From a bacterium (lineage in GTDB: Bacteria > Desulfobacterota > Binatia > Binatales > Binataceae), in contig JADBKU010000014.1 in NCBI GenBank assembly GCA_014896235.1, forward strand, positions 16,435-80,434: a DNA stretch of 64,000 bases, given 5' to 3'. Below are positions 1 through 9,669 of this stretch, one piece after another (the first letter of the stretch is position 1; each line of letters opens with the position of its first letter). The translations under genes were made by a program, and so were the position numbers. The notes under the pieces were generated by a model. That model did no database searches. It was not told the origin of the DNA and saw nothing but the letters and a program-made list of their open reading frames with translations.

Positions 1-1
1 T

Positions 2-436
2 GAACATCCGTTTCTCGAAGGAATGCCGCAGCGGTATCTGGAATTTCTCACTGGATGCGCGGCAAACGTTCGCTTCGCGGCCGGCGAGTTCCTGTTCAAG
101 GAAGGCGAGTTGGCGAAAGCCGCCTACCTGGTGCGCGAGGGCCGCATCGCCCTCGAAGCGCATCAGCCGGGGCGCGGCGCGACGCTCATTGCCACGGTCG
201 AGGGCGGGCAGGTCTTCGGCTGGACGTGGCTGTATCCGCCCTATCGATGGCTGTTCGATGCGCGCGCGGTCGAACCGGTCCGCGCGATCACTCTCCAGGG
301 CGAATGCCTGCGCGGCAAATGCGAGGCTGATCACGACCTCGGCTACGAGCTGCTCAAGCGCTTCCTGCGCGAGGTCGACCGGCAAATCCAACGGATCCAT
401 CTGCAACTCCTCGACGTGTACCGGGCCAATCCATAG
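2..436 (+). CDS. Cyclic-nucleotide-binding-domain protein, 5'-partial (frame open to window edge); probable first gene of the hydrogenase operon
   Basis: The frame is open from nt 2 (..EHPFLEGMPQRYLEF..). It has a cNMP beta-roll pattern FLFKEGELAKAAYLVREGRIALE...GGQVFGW...ARAVEPVRA and no HTH. The stop at 434-436 lies 12 nt before the next gene. Confidence 0.6.
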   Translation, partial: EHPFLEGMPQRYLEFLTGCAANVRFAAGEFLFKEGELAKAAYLVREGRIALEAHQPGRGATLIATVEGGQVFGWTWLYPPYRWLFDARAVEPVRAITLQGECLRGKCEADHDLGYELLKRFLREVDRQIQRIHLQLLDVYRANP

Positions 437-448
437 GCGACGGCGGAC

Positions 449-1329
449 TTGAGCGTGCCGGAGACAACACACGAGGATCGATACGGCGTCGCACCGCAAA
501 ACGGCGCGGCTCCGATGGCGCCGCGATTTCTTGAGGTTCGCCGGGTGACTCGTGAGACCCGCGACACGGTGACACTGGCGCTCGCTGACAGCGAGGCGCG
601 GCCGCCGTTCGCTCCCGGCCAGTTCAACATGCTGTACGCTTTCGGCGCCGGCGAGGCCGCGGTTTCCATCAGCGGCGATCCGGGCGACCCAGAAGTCCTC
701 ATTCACACGGTGCGCGCCGTCGGCACGGTTACCCGCCCGCTGGCCTCGGTGAAGCGCGGTGAAATGATTGGCGTGCGCGGGCCGTTCGGCCGGGGATGGC
801 CGGCCGACGCTGCGGCGCGGCGCGGCGGCACGATGCTGCTGTTGGCGGGCGGGATCGGGCTCGCTCCCCTGCGTCCGGTGATCTACGATTTTCTGCGCAA
901 CCGCGCGGCGTCTAGCCGGCTGGTGCTCCTGTACGGCGCCGCACTCCCGCCGACCTCCTCTATAAACGCGAACTGGAACGCTGGCGGAGCAAAGACGGCA
1001 TTGATCTTCACGTGATCGTCGATCGTGGGGATGCTTCGTGGCGGGGACGGGTCGGCGTGCTGACCGATCTGCTCGATTCCTGCCGCTTCGAGCCGGCGGA
1101 TACTATCGCGATGGTGTGCGGGCCGGAGGTGATGATGCGCATCGCGGCGCACGCGTTGGCCAACCGCGGCATTGCCGAGGACGACATCCATCTATCCATG
1201 GAACGCAACATGAAATGCGCGATCGGCGTCTGCGGACACTGCCAGTTCGGCCCGTCGTTCGTGTGCAAGGACGGCCCCGTGTTCGCGCTGCCGCGCATCG
1301 CGGCGCTGCTCGCGACCAGGGAGATCTGA
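449..1329 (+). pseudogene. hyhG: Group 3b hydrogenase gamma/diaphorase subunit (FAD/NAD(P)-binding, 2Fe-2S; AsrB/HydG-like), interrupted by a -1 frameshift near 938-941
   Basis: ORF 449-1015 (..GQFNMLYAFG..GPFG..LLLAGGIGLAPLRPV..LVLLYGA) continues in the -1 frame from 940 as RTPADLLYKRELERWRSKDGIDLHVIVDRGDASWRGRVG.., ending with the cluster motif [23 protein letters not shown]. The sequence ggcgccgcact looks like GGC GCC CGC ACT minus one C. The start could be TTG 449 or ATG 515. Confidence 0.75.
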
Positions 1330-1330
1330 C

Positions 1331-2128
1331 ATGCCGGCGGCGACGCGCGCGCGCAAGCTCAAACTCGCGGTATGGAAATTCGCATCGTGTGATGGATGCC
1401 AGTTAAGCCTGCTCGACTGCGAAGATGAATTGTTGGCGCTCGCCGAGCGGGTGCGGATTGCGAATTTCCTCGAAGCCAGCCGCGCCACGGTGAGAGGCCC
1501 CTACGATCTTTCATTAGTCGAGGGCTCGATCACGACGCCGCACGATGCCGCGAGAATCCAGGAAGTGCGACAGGCTTCGCGCTACCTGGTCACGATCGGC
1601 GCCTGCGCCGCGGCCGGCGGCATCCAGGCGCTGCGCAACTTCCGCGACGTGAAGGAATTCACCTCGATCGTCTACGCGACGCCCGCGTATATTTCCACGC
1701 TCGATCGCTCGACCCCCATCGCAGCGCACGTCCGGGTCGATTTTGAACTTCGGGGATGCCCGGTCAACAAGGCGCAGCTTATCGAGGTCGTGAGCGCATT
1801 GCTCAACGGCCATTCTCCACACACGCCGGCGCATCCGGTTTGCGTCGAATGCAAGCGCCGCGGGACCGTATGCGTCATGGTTGCGCGCAGCGTGCCGTGC
1901 CTCGGCCCGATCACCCATGCGGGCTGCGGAGCGATATGTCCGGCTTACGGGCGTGGATGCTACGGATGCTTCGGGCCGAGCGAATCGCCAAACATTGCTT
2001 CGCTGGCGGCGCAATGGATCGCGGCCGGAGCCACGCGATCCGCGATTGTCCGCGTCCTGCGTGCGTTCAACGCGGCGGCCGAACCGTTTGCCGCCGCGTC
2101 CAAGGCCTATGAAGACGATCAAGGTTGA
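1331..2128 (+). CDS. hyhS: [NiFe]-hydrogenase small (delta) subunit, NuoB/20-kDa-like
   Basis: [23 protein letters not shown].., further Cys clusters (CPVN.., [35 protein letters not shown]). The ATG lies 1 nt after the hyhG stop. Confidence 0.85.
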   Translation: MPAATRARKLKLAVWKFASCDGCQLSLLDCEDELLALAERVRIANFLEASRATVRGPYDLSLVEGSITTPHDAARIQEVRQASRYLVTIGACAAAGGIQALRNFRDVKEFTSIVYATPAYISTLDRSTPIAAHVRVDFELRGCPVNKAQLIEVVSALLNGHSPHTPAHPVCVECKRRGTVCVMVARSVPCLGPITHAGCGAICPAYGRGCYGCFGPSESPNIASLAAQWIAAGATRSAIVRVLRAFNAAAEPFAAASKAYEDDQG

Positions 2129-3392
2129 TTACCTGGCGCGCGTCGAGGGCGAGGGCGCGCTCAAGATCCGCTTCAAGGGCGACCAGGTGCGTGACGTCCA
2201 GTTGCGCATCTTCGAGCCGCCGCGCTTCTTCGAGGCCTTTCTGCGCGGGCGCTCTTATCTCGAAGCGCCCGACATCACGGCGCGAATCTGCGGCATCTGC
2301 CCGGTCGCATACCAGATGAGCAGTTGCGCCGCGATGGAAGACGCGCTCGGGGTCGCGGTGGATGGGCGGCTCCACGACTTGAGGACGCTCATCTATTGCG
2401 GCGAGTGGATCGAGAGCCATGCGCTGCACATGTTCCTGCTGCATGCGCCCGACTTTCTGGGCTATCCCGACGCGATGACGATGGCGAAAGAGCACCGGGA
2501 CATGGTCATGCGTGGCCTGCGGATCAAGAAGGCCGGCAACGCGCTGATCGGCGCGATTGGCGGGCGCGAGGTGCATCCGATAAACGTCCGTGTCGGCGGA
2601 TTTTACCGCGTGCCGGAGCAGGCCGAGCTTCAGGCGCTGCTCGCGCAACTGCGCGCGGCGCGCGACGACGCGCTGCTCGCCGTGGATTGGATGGCGGCCT
2701 TCGAGTTCCCCGAGTTCTCCCGCGACTACGAGATGGTCGCGATCCGCGGCGAGCGCGAATACCCCTTCATGGGCGCGCGGATCGTCTCCAACAAGGGCCT
2801 CGATATCGACGTGCACGACTACGACGCCACCTTCGTGGAAGAGCAAGTCGCCCACTCCAACGCGCTCCATTCATTCATCAGGGGCCGCGGGGCGTACGTC
2901 TGCGGTCCCCTCGCCCGTTTCAACCTGAACTTCGATTTGCTGTCGGACACCGCCCGGGAGGCGGCGCGGCGCGCGCGGCTCGAAACGCCGTGCATGAATC
3001 CCTTCAAGAGCATCCTGGCGCGCGCGATTGAAGTGATCCATGCGCTCGGCGAGGCGATCCGCATGATCCAGGATTACCAGCCGCCGCGCGCGGCGTACCT
3101 TGAAACACGTCCGCGCGCGGCGGCCGGCTACGGATGCACCGAGGCCCCGCGCGGCACGCTATACCATCGATATCGGCTCGACGGCGGCGGGCTGATCACT
3201 GACGCGAAGATCGTTCCGCCGACGTCGCAGAATCAGAAAACGATGGAGGAAGATCTCGCCGCGCTCGCGCCCCGGCTGATAAAGGCTGAGCATCGCGAGG
3301 CGACTGCGATGGCCGAGCATGCGATCCGCAATTACGATCCCTGCATCTCCTGCGCGACTCACTTCCTGGATCTGACGCTGGAGCGCGAGTGA
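2109..3392 (+). CDS. hyhL: [NiFe]-hydrogenase large (alpha) subunit, group 3b-like (427 aa)
   Basis: [18 protein letters not shown].., N-terminal Ni-binding motif [10 protein letters not shown] and C-terminal [18 protein letters not shown] (DPCxxCxxH plus a short cleavable tail). I chose the ATG at 2109 (20-nt overlap with hyhS) over the long 1881 ORF extension. Confidence 0.9.
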   Translation: MKTIKVDYLARVEGEGALKIRFKGDQVRDVQLRIFEPPRFFEAFLRGRSYLEAPDITARICGICPVAYQMSSCAAMEDALGVAVDGRLHDLRTLIYCGEWIESHALHMFLLHAPDFLGYPDAMTMAKEHRDMVMRGLRIKKAGNALIGAIGGREVHPINVRVGGFYRVPEQAELQALLAQLRAARDDALLAVDWMAAFEFPEFSRDYEMVAIRGEREYPFMGARIVSNKGLDIDVHDYDATFVEEQVAHSNALHSFIRGRGAYVCGPLARFNLNFDLLSDTAREAARRARLETPCMNPFKSILARAIEVIHALGEAIRMIQDYQPPRAAYLETRPRAAAGYGCTEAPRGTLYHRYRLDGGGLITDAKIVPPTSQNQKTMEEDLAALAPRLIKAEHREATAMAEHAIRNYDPCISCATHFLDLTLERE

Positions 3393-3393
3393 A

Positions 3394-3849
3394 GTGGCGG
3401 CGCGGATCATCGGCGTCGGGCAGGCCATGGCCGGCGATGACGGAGTTGGTATCGCCGTCGCGCGCCGGATTCGTCAAATGAGGCCGCCGGCCGCGATCGA
3501 AGTGGTTGAGGTCGCCGAGCCCAGCGCCTTGCTGCCACTGCTGACCGATTCGGCGAGTCCCGTGGTGCTGATCGATGCCTTGGTCGATGGCGGAACGCCG
3601 GGGCGAATCCTGCGTCTGGGCTCCGGCGCCGGCGCGCGCCGCGGACATTTATTGTCTTCTCACGGGATAGGCGTCCTGGAAGCGATCGAGCTTGCCAGGA
3701 GCCTCGATCCCGAAAATCTCGCGCAAAGGATCGAGATAATAGGGGTAACCATCGCGCGGCCGGCGCGTTACGGAGAAGAACTTTCTCCCGGCGTCGCGCG
3801 CGCGGTCGAAAGAGCGGCCGCCGAAGCCATCAAACTCGCGCGCGCATAA
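3394..3849 (+). CDS. Hydrogenase maturation endopeptidase (HycI/HoxW/HyaD family)
   Basis: IIGVGQAMAGDDGVGIAVARRI.. (GxxxxGDDGxG motif), about 150 aa. The GTG start lies 1 nt after the hyhL stop. Confidence 0.85.
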   Translation: MAARIIGVGQAMAGDDGVGIAVARRIRQMRPPAAIEVVEVAEPSALLPLLTDSASPVVLIDALVDGGTPGRILRLGSGAGARRGHLLSSHGIGVLEAIELARSLDPENLAQRIEIIGVTIARPARYGEELSPGVARAVERAAAEAIKLARA

Positions 3850-3851
3850 CG

Positions 3852-4196
3852 ATGCACGAAACGTCGCTGGCAAGAAAACTTCTCGACGCGGCGCTGCAAC
3901 GCGCGCCCGAAGGACGGATTGTCGCCATCCATGGATGGATCTCGGACGCCGAGGCGCTCAGCGCCGAGAGCCTGGCCTTTCACTTCCATGCGCATGCGCA
4001 AAATACGCGGGCCCAGGGCGCAAGGATCGCTATAGCGCTTGAGCGCCTGTCCGCCCGGTGCTGCGGATGCGGCGAGCAATACGCGCCGGAACATGAAGTC
4101 ACGCTATGCCCGCGATGCGGGAGCGCTGAAGCGAAATTGCTCGGGCGCCGCGGCGTCGGGATCGATTCGATTGACGTAGAACCGGAGAATCGCTGA
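3852..4196 (+). CDS. hypA: Hydrogenase nickel insertion protein HypA
   Basis: N-terminal MHE Ni motif (MHETSLARKLL) and Zn site CCGCG..(x17)..CPRCGS; 114 aa. Confidence 0.9.
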   Translation: MHETSLARKLLDAALQRAPEGRIVAIHGWISDAEALSAESLAFHFHAHAQNTRAQGARIAIALERLSARCCGCGEQYAPEHEVTLCPRCGSAEAKLLGRRGVGIDSIDVEPENR

Positions 4197-6508
4197 TGGA
4201 GACTCAGGTTCGCCGCGCGATCCGCTTAGAGGGCGTAGTCCAGGGAGTGGGCTTTCGACCGTTCCTCTACCGGCTCGCGATCGAACTCGGGCTTGCCGGA
4301 TGGGTTGCGAACGGTCCCGGAAGCGTCGAGGTCGAGGCGGAAGGCGATCCACAGCGAGTCGAGGAGTTCGTTCAGCGCGTCCACCAAGCGCATCCCGCCG
4401 GCGCCGTGATAAGCCGCATCGCGGTTCGTGAAGTCGCCATCCGCAACGACAGCCGGTTCGCGATCCTGGACAGCTTTGCCGGCGGCGTCCGGGGACCAGC
4501 GATCCCCAGCGATCTGGCAGCCTGTCCCGAATGCCTGGCCGAGATCCGCGAGCCGGGCTCACGGCGCTTCCGTTACCCATTCACAACTTGCAGCGGATGC
4601 GGCCCTCGCTACTCCGTGGTCGAGGGCCTTCCGTACGACCGCGGCCGCACAGCGATGCGTCTGTTCGACATGTGCGCCGATTGCGCACGCGAGTACGAAG
4701 ACCCGCACGATCGCCGCTTCCATGCGGAGACCATCGCCTGTCCGAAATGCGGGCCGCGGCTGAACCTGCTGAATGCTATGGGCGAAACGCTTGCCTTGGG
4801 CGACCTCGCGCTGCGCCACGCGGCTGAGTCGATCCTGCGCGGAGAGATCGTTGCGCTCAAGGGGCTCGGCGGGTTCCAGTTGCTGGTCGATGCGCGCAAC
4901 CGGGGCGCGGTCGGCCGATTGCGCGAGCGCAAGTGCAGGCCGGAGAAGCCTTTCGCGCTGATGTTTCCCACCCTCGAGTCCGTCCGCGTTCACGCCGCGA
5001 TGTCGGCGGACGAAGCGCAGGCGCTCGAAGCCGTGTCGGCGCCGATCGTGCTGATGAGGAGAGCAGATGCGGCGCAATCGATCCACGAGCGCATCGCCGA
5101 CAACGTCGCGCCGGAAAATCCGTGGCTCGGCGTGATGCTTCCGTATACGCCGCTTCATGCGCTGCTGCTGGAAGCCGTCAATTGCCCGGTGGTATGCACC
5201 AGCGGAAATCTCTCGGAAGAGCCGATCTGCACGGATACCGGGGAAGCGTTGGCGCGGCTCGGCCGAATCGCGGACCTGTTCCTGACGCACGATCGGCCAA
5301 TCGTCCGTCCGCTCGACGATTCCGTGGTGCGGGCGGGACCGCGCGGCGTCAGGATGATTCGGCGCGCGCGAGGCTACACACCCGTCGCGCTGGATATCGG
5401 AAGCGATGGGCCTACCGTGCTGGCGCTGGGCGGGCATACGAAGAATACGATCGCCCTGGGCCTCGGGCGCCAAGTCGTCCTGAGCCAGCATATTGGCGAT
5501 CTCGACGCACCGTCCGCGCGCACCGGGCTTCGCCGCGTCATCGATGATCTGATGCGCTTCTTGGGATGCCGCGCTGAATTGCTCGCTTGCGACCTGCATC
5601 CCGACTACGCCTCGACGATCGAGGCGGAACGGCTCGTCGAACGGCTTGGCCTGCCGTTGCTGCGCGTGCAGCATCACCACGCGCACATTGCGGCCCTTAT
5701 GGCGGAGCATCGGCTCGAAGGACCGATCCTCGGCCTTGCGTGGGACGGCGCTGGCTACGGCATTGACGGCTCCATCTGGGGAGGCGAGGCGCTCGTCGCG
5801 CACGGCTCGCGCTTCGAACGGATCGCGACGATACGCCCGTTTCGCTTGCCGGGAGGCGAGCGCGCGATTCGGGAGCCGAGGCGATCGGCGCTCGGCGCGC
5901 TGCACGCGGCCGGGCTGGAATCGCATTTGAGCGTGTGCCGATGGTTCGACGCCGACCAGGCCGCGCGGCTGCGCCGGATGGTGGAGAGCCGCACGAACGC
6001 GCCGGCGACGACGAGCATCGGGCGCTTGTTCGATGCGGTGGCGGCGCTGTGCGGGATCCGCGCAATGGTCACATTCGAGGGCCAGGCCGCGATGGAGCTC
6101 GAATACAGGCTCGGCGCCGGAGCGGAGCGCGAAGGCGCGTATTCGATCGCGATTACTAAGAGCGCGATGCTGATCGGCGATTGGGCGCCAATGGCCGCGG
6201 CGATAATCGAAGATGTCCGCCGCGCCGTCCCCGTCTCGCGAATCAGCGCGCGCTTTCACAACGCGCTTGCGGAGTTCGCGCTCGCGATCGCGAAGCATGC
6301 GGGGCTGTCGAGGGTCGTGCTCGCCGGCGGCTGCTTCCAGAACAGCTATTTGCTGGACCGCGTCACGGCGCTGCTCGAAGCCGCGGGGTTCGAGATATAC
6401 AGCTCGCTCGCGGCGCCGCCGAATGACGGGGGAATCGCCCTCGGTCAGGTATTCGTCGCGCGCCACGCGACAACGGAGGCCAACGATGTGCCTGGGCGTT
6501 CCCGGTAA
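4196..6508 (+). CDS. hypF: Carbamoyltransferase HypF
   Basis: 770 aa: acylphosphatase-like N-terminus (IRLEGVVQGVGFRPFLYRLA), two CxxC..CxxC zinc fingers (CPECLAEI..CSGCGPRYS; CADCAREY..CPKCGPRL), a YrdC-like region and a Kae1-like C-terminus. TGATG overlap with hypA. Confidence 0.95.
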   Translation: METQVRRAIRLEGVVQGVGFRPFLYRLAIELGLAGWVANGPGSVEVEAEGDPQRVEEFVQRVHQAHPAGAVISRIAVREVAIRNDSRFAILDSFAGGVRGPAIPSDLAACPECLAEIREPGSRRFRYPFTTCSGCGPRYSVVEGLPYDRGRTAMRLFDMCADCAREYEDPHDRRFHAETIACPKCGPRLNLLNAMGETLALGDLALRHAAESILRGEIVALKGLGGFQLLVDARNRGAVGRLRERKCRPEKPFALMFPTLESVRVHAAMSADEAQALEAVSAPIVLMRRADAAQSIHERIADNVAPENPWLGVMLPYTPLHALLLEAVNCPVVCTSGNLSEEPICTDTGEALARLGRIADLFLTHDRPIVRPLDDSVVRAGPRGVRMIRRARGYTPVALDIGSDGPTVLALGGHTKNTIALGLGRQVVLSQHIGDLDAPSARTGLRRVIDDLMRFLGCRAELLACDLHPDYASTIEAERLVERLGLPLLRVQHHHAHIAALMAEHRLEGPILGLAWDGAGYGIDGSIWGGEALVAHGSRFERIATIRPFRLPGGERAIREPRRSALGALHAAGLESHLSVCRWFDADQAARLRRMVESRTNAPATTSIGRLFDAVAALCGIRAMVTFEGQAAMELEYRLGAGAEREGAYSIAITKSAMLIGDWAPMAAAIIEDVRRAVPVSRISARFHNALAEFALAIAKHAGLSRVVLAGGCFQNSYLLDRVTALLEAAGFEIYSSLAAPPNDGGIALGQVFVARHATTEANDVPGRSR

Positions 6509-6734
6509 AGTGCTGAGCATCGGCGACGACGAACTCCGGATGGGACGAGTTGACTTCGGCGGGATCGTAAAGGAAGCCTGCCTGGCCTGCGTGCCGGAAG
6601 CGGTGATTGGCGATTACGTCATCGTCCACGCCGGGTTCGCGATTAGCCGGGTCGATGAAGTCGAAGCCGCGCGGGTTTTTCAATACCTCGAGCGCATCGA
6701 GGAGCTTACCGGCCTAAAAGAGCGGCGAAAGTGA
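6486..6734 (+). CDS. hypC: Hydrogenase assembly chaperone HypC
   Basis: [12 protein letters not shown].. (the invariant MCLxxPG N-terminus); 82 aa. This is an internal ATG of ORF 6213-6734 and overlaps the hypF 3' end. Confidence 0.9.
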   Translation: MCLGVPGKVLSIGDDELRMGRVDFGGIVKEACLACVPEAVIGDYVIVHAGFAISRVDEVEAARVFQYLERIEELTGLKERRK

Positions 6735-7852
6735 AATACGTCGACGAGTACCGCGACGCGCGCGCGGCGCGCGAGCTCATGCGTGCGATTCGCGCGGCCG
6801 TGACGCGGCCATGGAAAATAATGGAGGTTTGCGGCGGCCAAACTCACGCGATCGTCCGCTTTGGGATCGATGAGATGCTGAGCGGGCAAGTCACTCTGAT
6901 CCACGGGCCCGGATGTCCGGTGTGCGTCACGCCGCTGGAGACTCTCGACAAAGCGATCGCGATCGCCTCCCGGCCCGGGGTGATTTTGTGCTCGTTCGGG
7001 GACATGCTTCGCGTGCCGGGTTCGGACGGAGACTTGTTCGCGGTCAAGTCGCGGGGCGGCGATGTGCGCGTCGTTTATTCGCCGCTCGATGCGCTCGCGG
7101 TCGCGCGCGCGAATCCCGCGCGCGAGGTCGTCTTCTTCGCGGTCGGGTTCGAGACGACGGCGCCGGCCAACGCGATGGCCGCTTATCAAGCGCGGCGCCT
7201 CGGGATGCGCAACTTCTCGATCCTCGTCTCGCAGGTTCTCGTTCCTCCGGCGATCGAGGCGATACTGTCGTCGCCGGACTGTCAGGTCGACGCATTCCTC
7301 GCCGCCGGGCACGTCTGCACCATCATGGGCGTCGAGGAATATGTCCCGATTGCGGAAAAGCATCGGGCGCCAATCGTCGTCGCCGGGTTCGAACCGCTCG
7401 ATATCCTCCAGGGCGTCCACATGTGTGTGAGACAACTCGAGGAGGGCCGCGCGCAAGTCGAAAATCAATACACGCGATCGGTGCGCGCGGATGGGAATCG
7501 CCAAGCGCGGAAAATGATCAGGGAAGTATTTCAGGTCGTGTCCCGGAAATGGCGCGGGATCGGAGAGATCCAACACAGCGGTCTCGGCCTGCGCCCCGAG
7601 TACGCGACGCTCGATGCGGAGAAGCGGTTCGGCGTCGAATCGATGGTGGCCGACGAGTCGCACGAATGTGTCAGCGGCCTGATCCTCCAGGGGCTGAAGA
7701 AACCCGTAGAATGCCCGGCGTTCGGCACGCGATGCACTCCAGAAACGCCGCTCGGCGCAACCATGGTATCGTCCGAGGGCGCATGCGCCGCATACTTTCG
7801 CTACCGCCGCGAAGCCGCCGCGGCCGCCGCCCGTATCAACCAGCGAACGTGA
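6731..7852 (+). CDS. hypD: Hydrogenase maturation Fe-S protein HypD
   Basis: MKYVDEYRD.., [45 protein letters not shown]-type C-terminus; 373 aa; 4-nt overlap with hypC. Confidence 0.95.
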   Translation: MKYVDEYRDARAARELMRAIRAAVTRPWKIMEVCGGQTHAIVRFGIDEMLSGQVTLIHGPGCPVCVTPLETLDKAIAIASRPGVILCSFGDMLRVPGSDGDLFAVKSRGGDVRVVYSPLDALAVARANPAREVVFFAVGFETTAPANAMAAYQARRLGMRNFSILVSQVLVPPAIEAILSSPDCQVDAFLAAGHVCTIMGVEEYVPIAEKHRAPIVVAGFEPLDILQGVHMCVRQLEEGRAQVENQYTRSVRADGNRQARKMIREVFQVVSRKWRGIGEIQHSGLGLRPEYATLDAEKRFGVESMVADESHECVSGLILQGLKKPVECPAFGTRCTPETPLGATMVSSEGACAAYFRYRREAAAAAARINQRT

Positions 7853-7858
7853 AGGAGG

Positions 7859-8917
7859 ATGCAACGGATGTCGCACGACTTTCGGCTCAATTGTCCCGTG
7901 CCCGCCGCCGGACCCGCGACGATCCAAATCGGGCACGGCGGCGGCGGCCGAATGATGCGCTCGTTGCTCGATCGGCTGTTTTTCCCGGCCTTCTCCAACG
8001 AGCGCCTCGATACGAAGCACGACAGCGCGGTGATGCGAATTGGCGCGCAACGGGTCGCGTTCACCACCGACAGTTACGTCGTGAGCCCGCTCTTCTTCCC
8101 GGGCGGCGACATAGGAAAGCTCGCGGTTTACGGCACGGTGAACGATCTCGCCATGGCGGGCGCGCGTCCGGCCTACCTGAGCGCCGGCTTCATCCTTGAG
8201 GAGGGGCTACCGATCAAAACTCTCGAGGCGGTAGTTGGTTCCATGCGCGACGCGGCGCGTGTCGCGGGCGTCGAACTAGTGACTGGCGACACCAAGGTCG
8301 TTGACCGCGGAAAGGGCGACGGCATCTTCGTCAATACCGCCGGCCTTGGGATCGTTCCGAATGGCGTCGAAATCTCACCGCAACGGATACGGCCGGGCGA
8401 CGCGGTCGTGCTGAGCGGCGACTTGGGCAGGCATGGTATCGCGATCATGTCGGTGCGCGCGAGCCTCGGCTTCGAAACCGCAATCGAGAGCGACTGCGCG
8501 CCGCTGTGGCAGCCGGTCTCGACGTTGCTCGGCGCGGAGATCGCAATACACTGCCTGCGCGATCTGACGCGAGGCGGACTTGCCTCCGCGCTGAACGAGA
8601 TTGCGTTGGACGCAAGCGTCAGCATCACAATCGAGGAGACCTCGGTGCCGGTATGCGAACCAGTCGTTGCCGCTTGTGAGGTCCTCGGTCTCGATCCGCT
8701 CTACGTGGCCAACGAAGGCCGCTTCGTCGCGTTCATCCCACCGCAGCACGTCGAGCGTGCCCTCGAAATCTTGAGAGAAAATGCGCTGACGGCTGACGCA
8801 CGAGTCATCGGCGTCGTCGACGACCGCGGCCAGAGCGTGGTGCGGGCAAGAGGCCCGCTGGGAAATCTGCGCATCGTGGATCTTCTCTCTGGCGAACAGC
8901 TGCCTAGAATTTGCTAG
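7859..8917 (+). CDS. hypE: Hydrogenase maturation protein HypE (carbamoyl dehydratase)
   Basis: AIR-synthase-like fold pattern (GHGGGGRMM.., FFPGGDIGKLAVYGTVNDLAMAGA) with the diagnostic C-terminal PRIC. Confidence 0.95.
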   Translation: MQRMSHDFRLNCPVPAAGPATIQIGHGGGGRMMRSLLDRLFFPAFSNERLDTKHDSAVMRIGAQRVAFTTDSYVVSPLFFPGGDIGKLAVYGTVNDLAMAGARPAYLSAGFILEEGLPIKTLEAVVGSMRDAARVAGVELVTGDTKVVDRGKGDGIFVNTAGLGIVPNGVEISPQRIRPGDAVVLSGDLGRHGIAIMSVRASLGFETAIESDCAPLWQPVSTLLGAEIAIHCLRDLTRGGLASALNEIALDASVSITIEETSVPVCEPVVAACEVLGLDPLYVANEGRFVAFIPPQHVERALEILRENALTADARVIGVVDDRGQSVVRARGPLGNLRIVDLLSGEQLPRIC

Positions 8918-9105
8918 CCGTCCTGACCCGCCCCCCGGAAAGTGGTCCGGCATCAATGTAGGGTTCTGCGATGTTTGACCAGCCTGGCGAAAGTGCGCCG
9001 ACCGGCAGTAGGGATTTCGGCCTAGTGTGGTCGGTTGGCGCCGGTATTTCCGGCGTTTATCGCACTCAACAGACTCAATTGACAGCCTCTAACAACGACG
9101 TTTTT

Positions 9106-9640
9106 TCAGCCGCCGACCCCGCTCCACTGCTTCCAGTGACGGACGAACTCCTCGGGAGAACGACCGGCCAGTGCGCTGTGCGGCCGTACCTGATCGTAGT
9201 CTTGTCGTCAGCGCTCCAACTTCTCCCTGACGTCGTTCACGTCGAAGAAGGTTTCCACGTTCAGGCGCTCGTCGCGCGGCCGGCCGTTGAACGATTCGAT
9301 ATAGCCATTGTCGATCGGCCTCCCCGGACGAATGACTCCAGCCGTACGCCATATGGATACGACCACGCCGCCATGGCCCGCCCTGCGAATTCGCTGCCGT
9401 TATCGGCCGTGATCGACTCCGGCGTTCAGCGCTCCTCCGCCACCACCCGCGACAACGCCAGTGCGACCTTGTTCCACTTGCGCGCCGCCCGGCTGCCCGC
9501 ACCCGCCCAGTCTTCCGGAACAACCCAGCGGCTCAAAGTCTCGCCACTATGAGGACCGGCCAGCAATGGACCTTCGGCCGTCTTCACCATCGCGCCGACT
9601 ATCCAGCGCAGAGGATTGCGGACTCCTTCCTCATAGATTC
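9106..9640 (-). mobile_element. IS3-family (IS407/IS2-like) transposase relic: 3' part of the DDE/rve domain only, decayed
   Basis: Minus-strand translation across three frames gives ..PESITADNGSEFAGRAMAAW..YGVRLE / IRPGRPIDNGYIESFNGRPRDERLNVETFFDVNDVREKLER*RQDYDQVRPHSALAGRSPEEF... There is a 1-nt deletion after GVRLE and an in-frame TGA where Trp is expected. The N-terminal half is absent. Confidence 0.7.
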
Positions 9641-9669
9641 GCTCCGCTATTGTCCTGTCTTCAGGCGAA

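Noticed and set aside
4559-6520. 653-aa ORF antisense to hypF. Similar long antisense or out-of-frame ORFs include 56459-59296 (+, opposite copA), 11335-13194 (+, opposite cpaF), 30662-32641 (-, opposite lon), 6680-8050 (-), 42738-44114 (-), 52663-54033 (+), 24297-25439 (-) and 25453-26487 (-).
   Set aside because: They are extremely Arg/Pro/Ala/Gly-rich with no recognisable motifs, and each lies opposite a gene with unambiguous family signatures. This is the typical stop-codon-poor shadow frame of high-GC DNA.
8971-9552. 193-aa plus-strand ORF and 144-aa minus-strand ORF (9089-9523) in the hypE-tadC gap
   Set aside because: Neither has coding-like features. The region is better explained as a frameshifted IS3-family transposase relic readable across three minus-strand frames.
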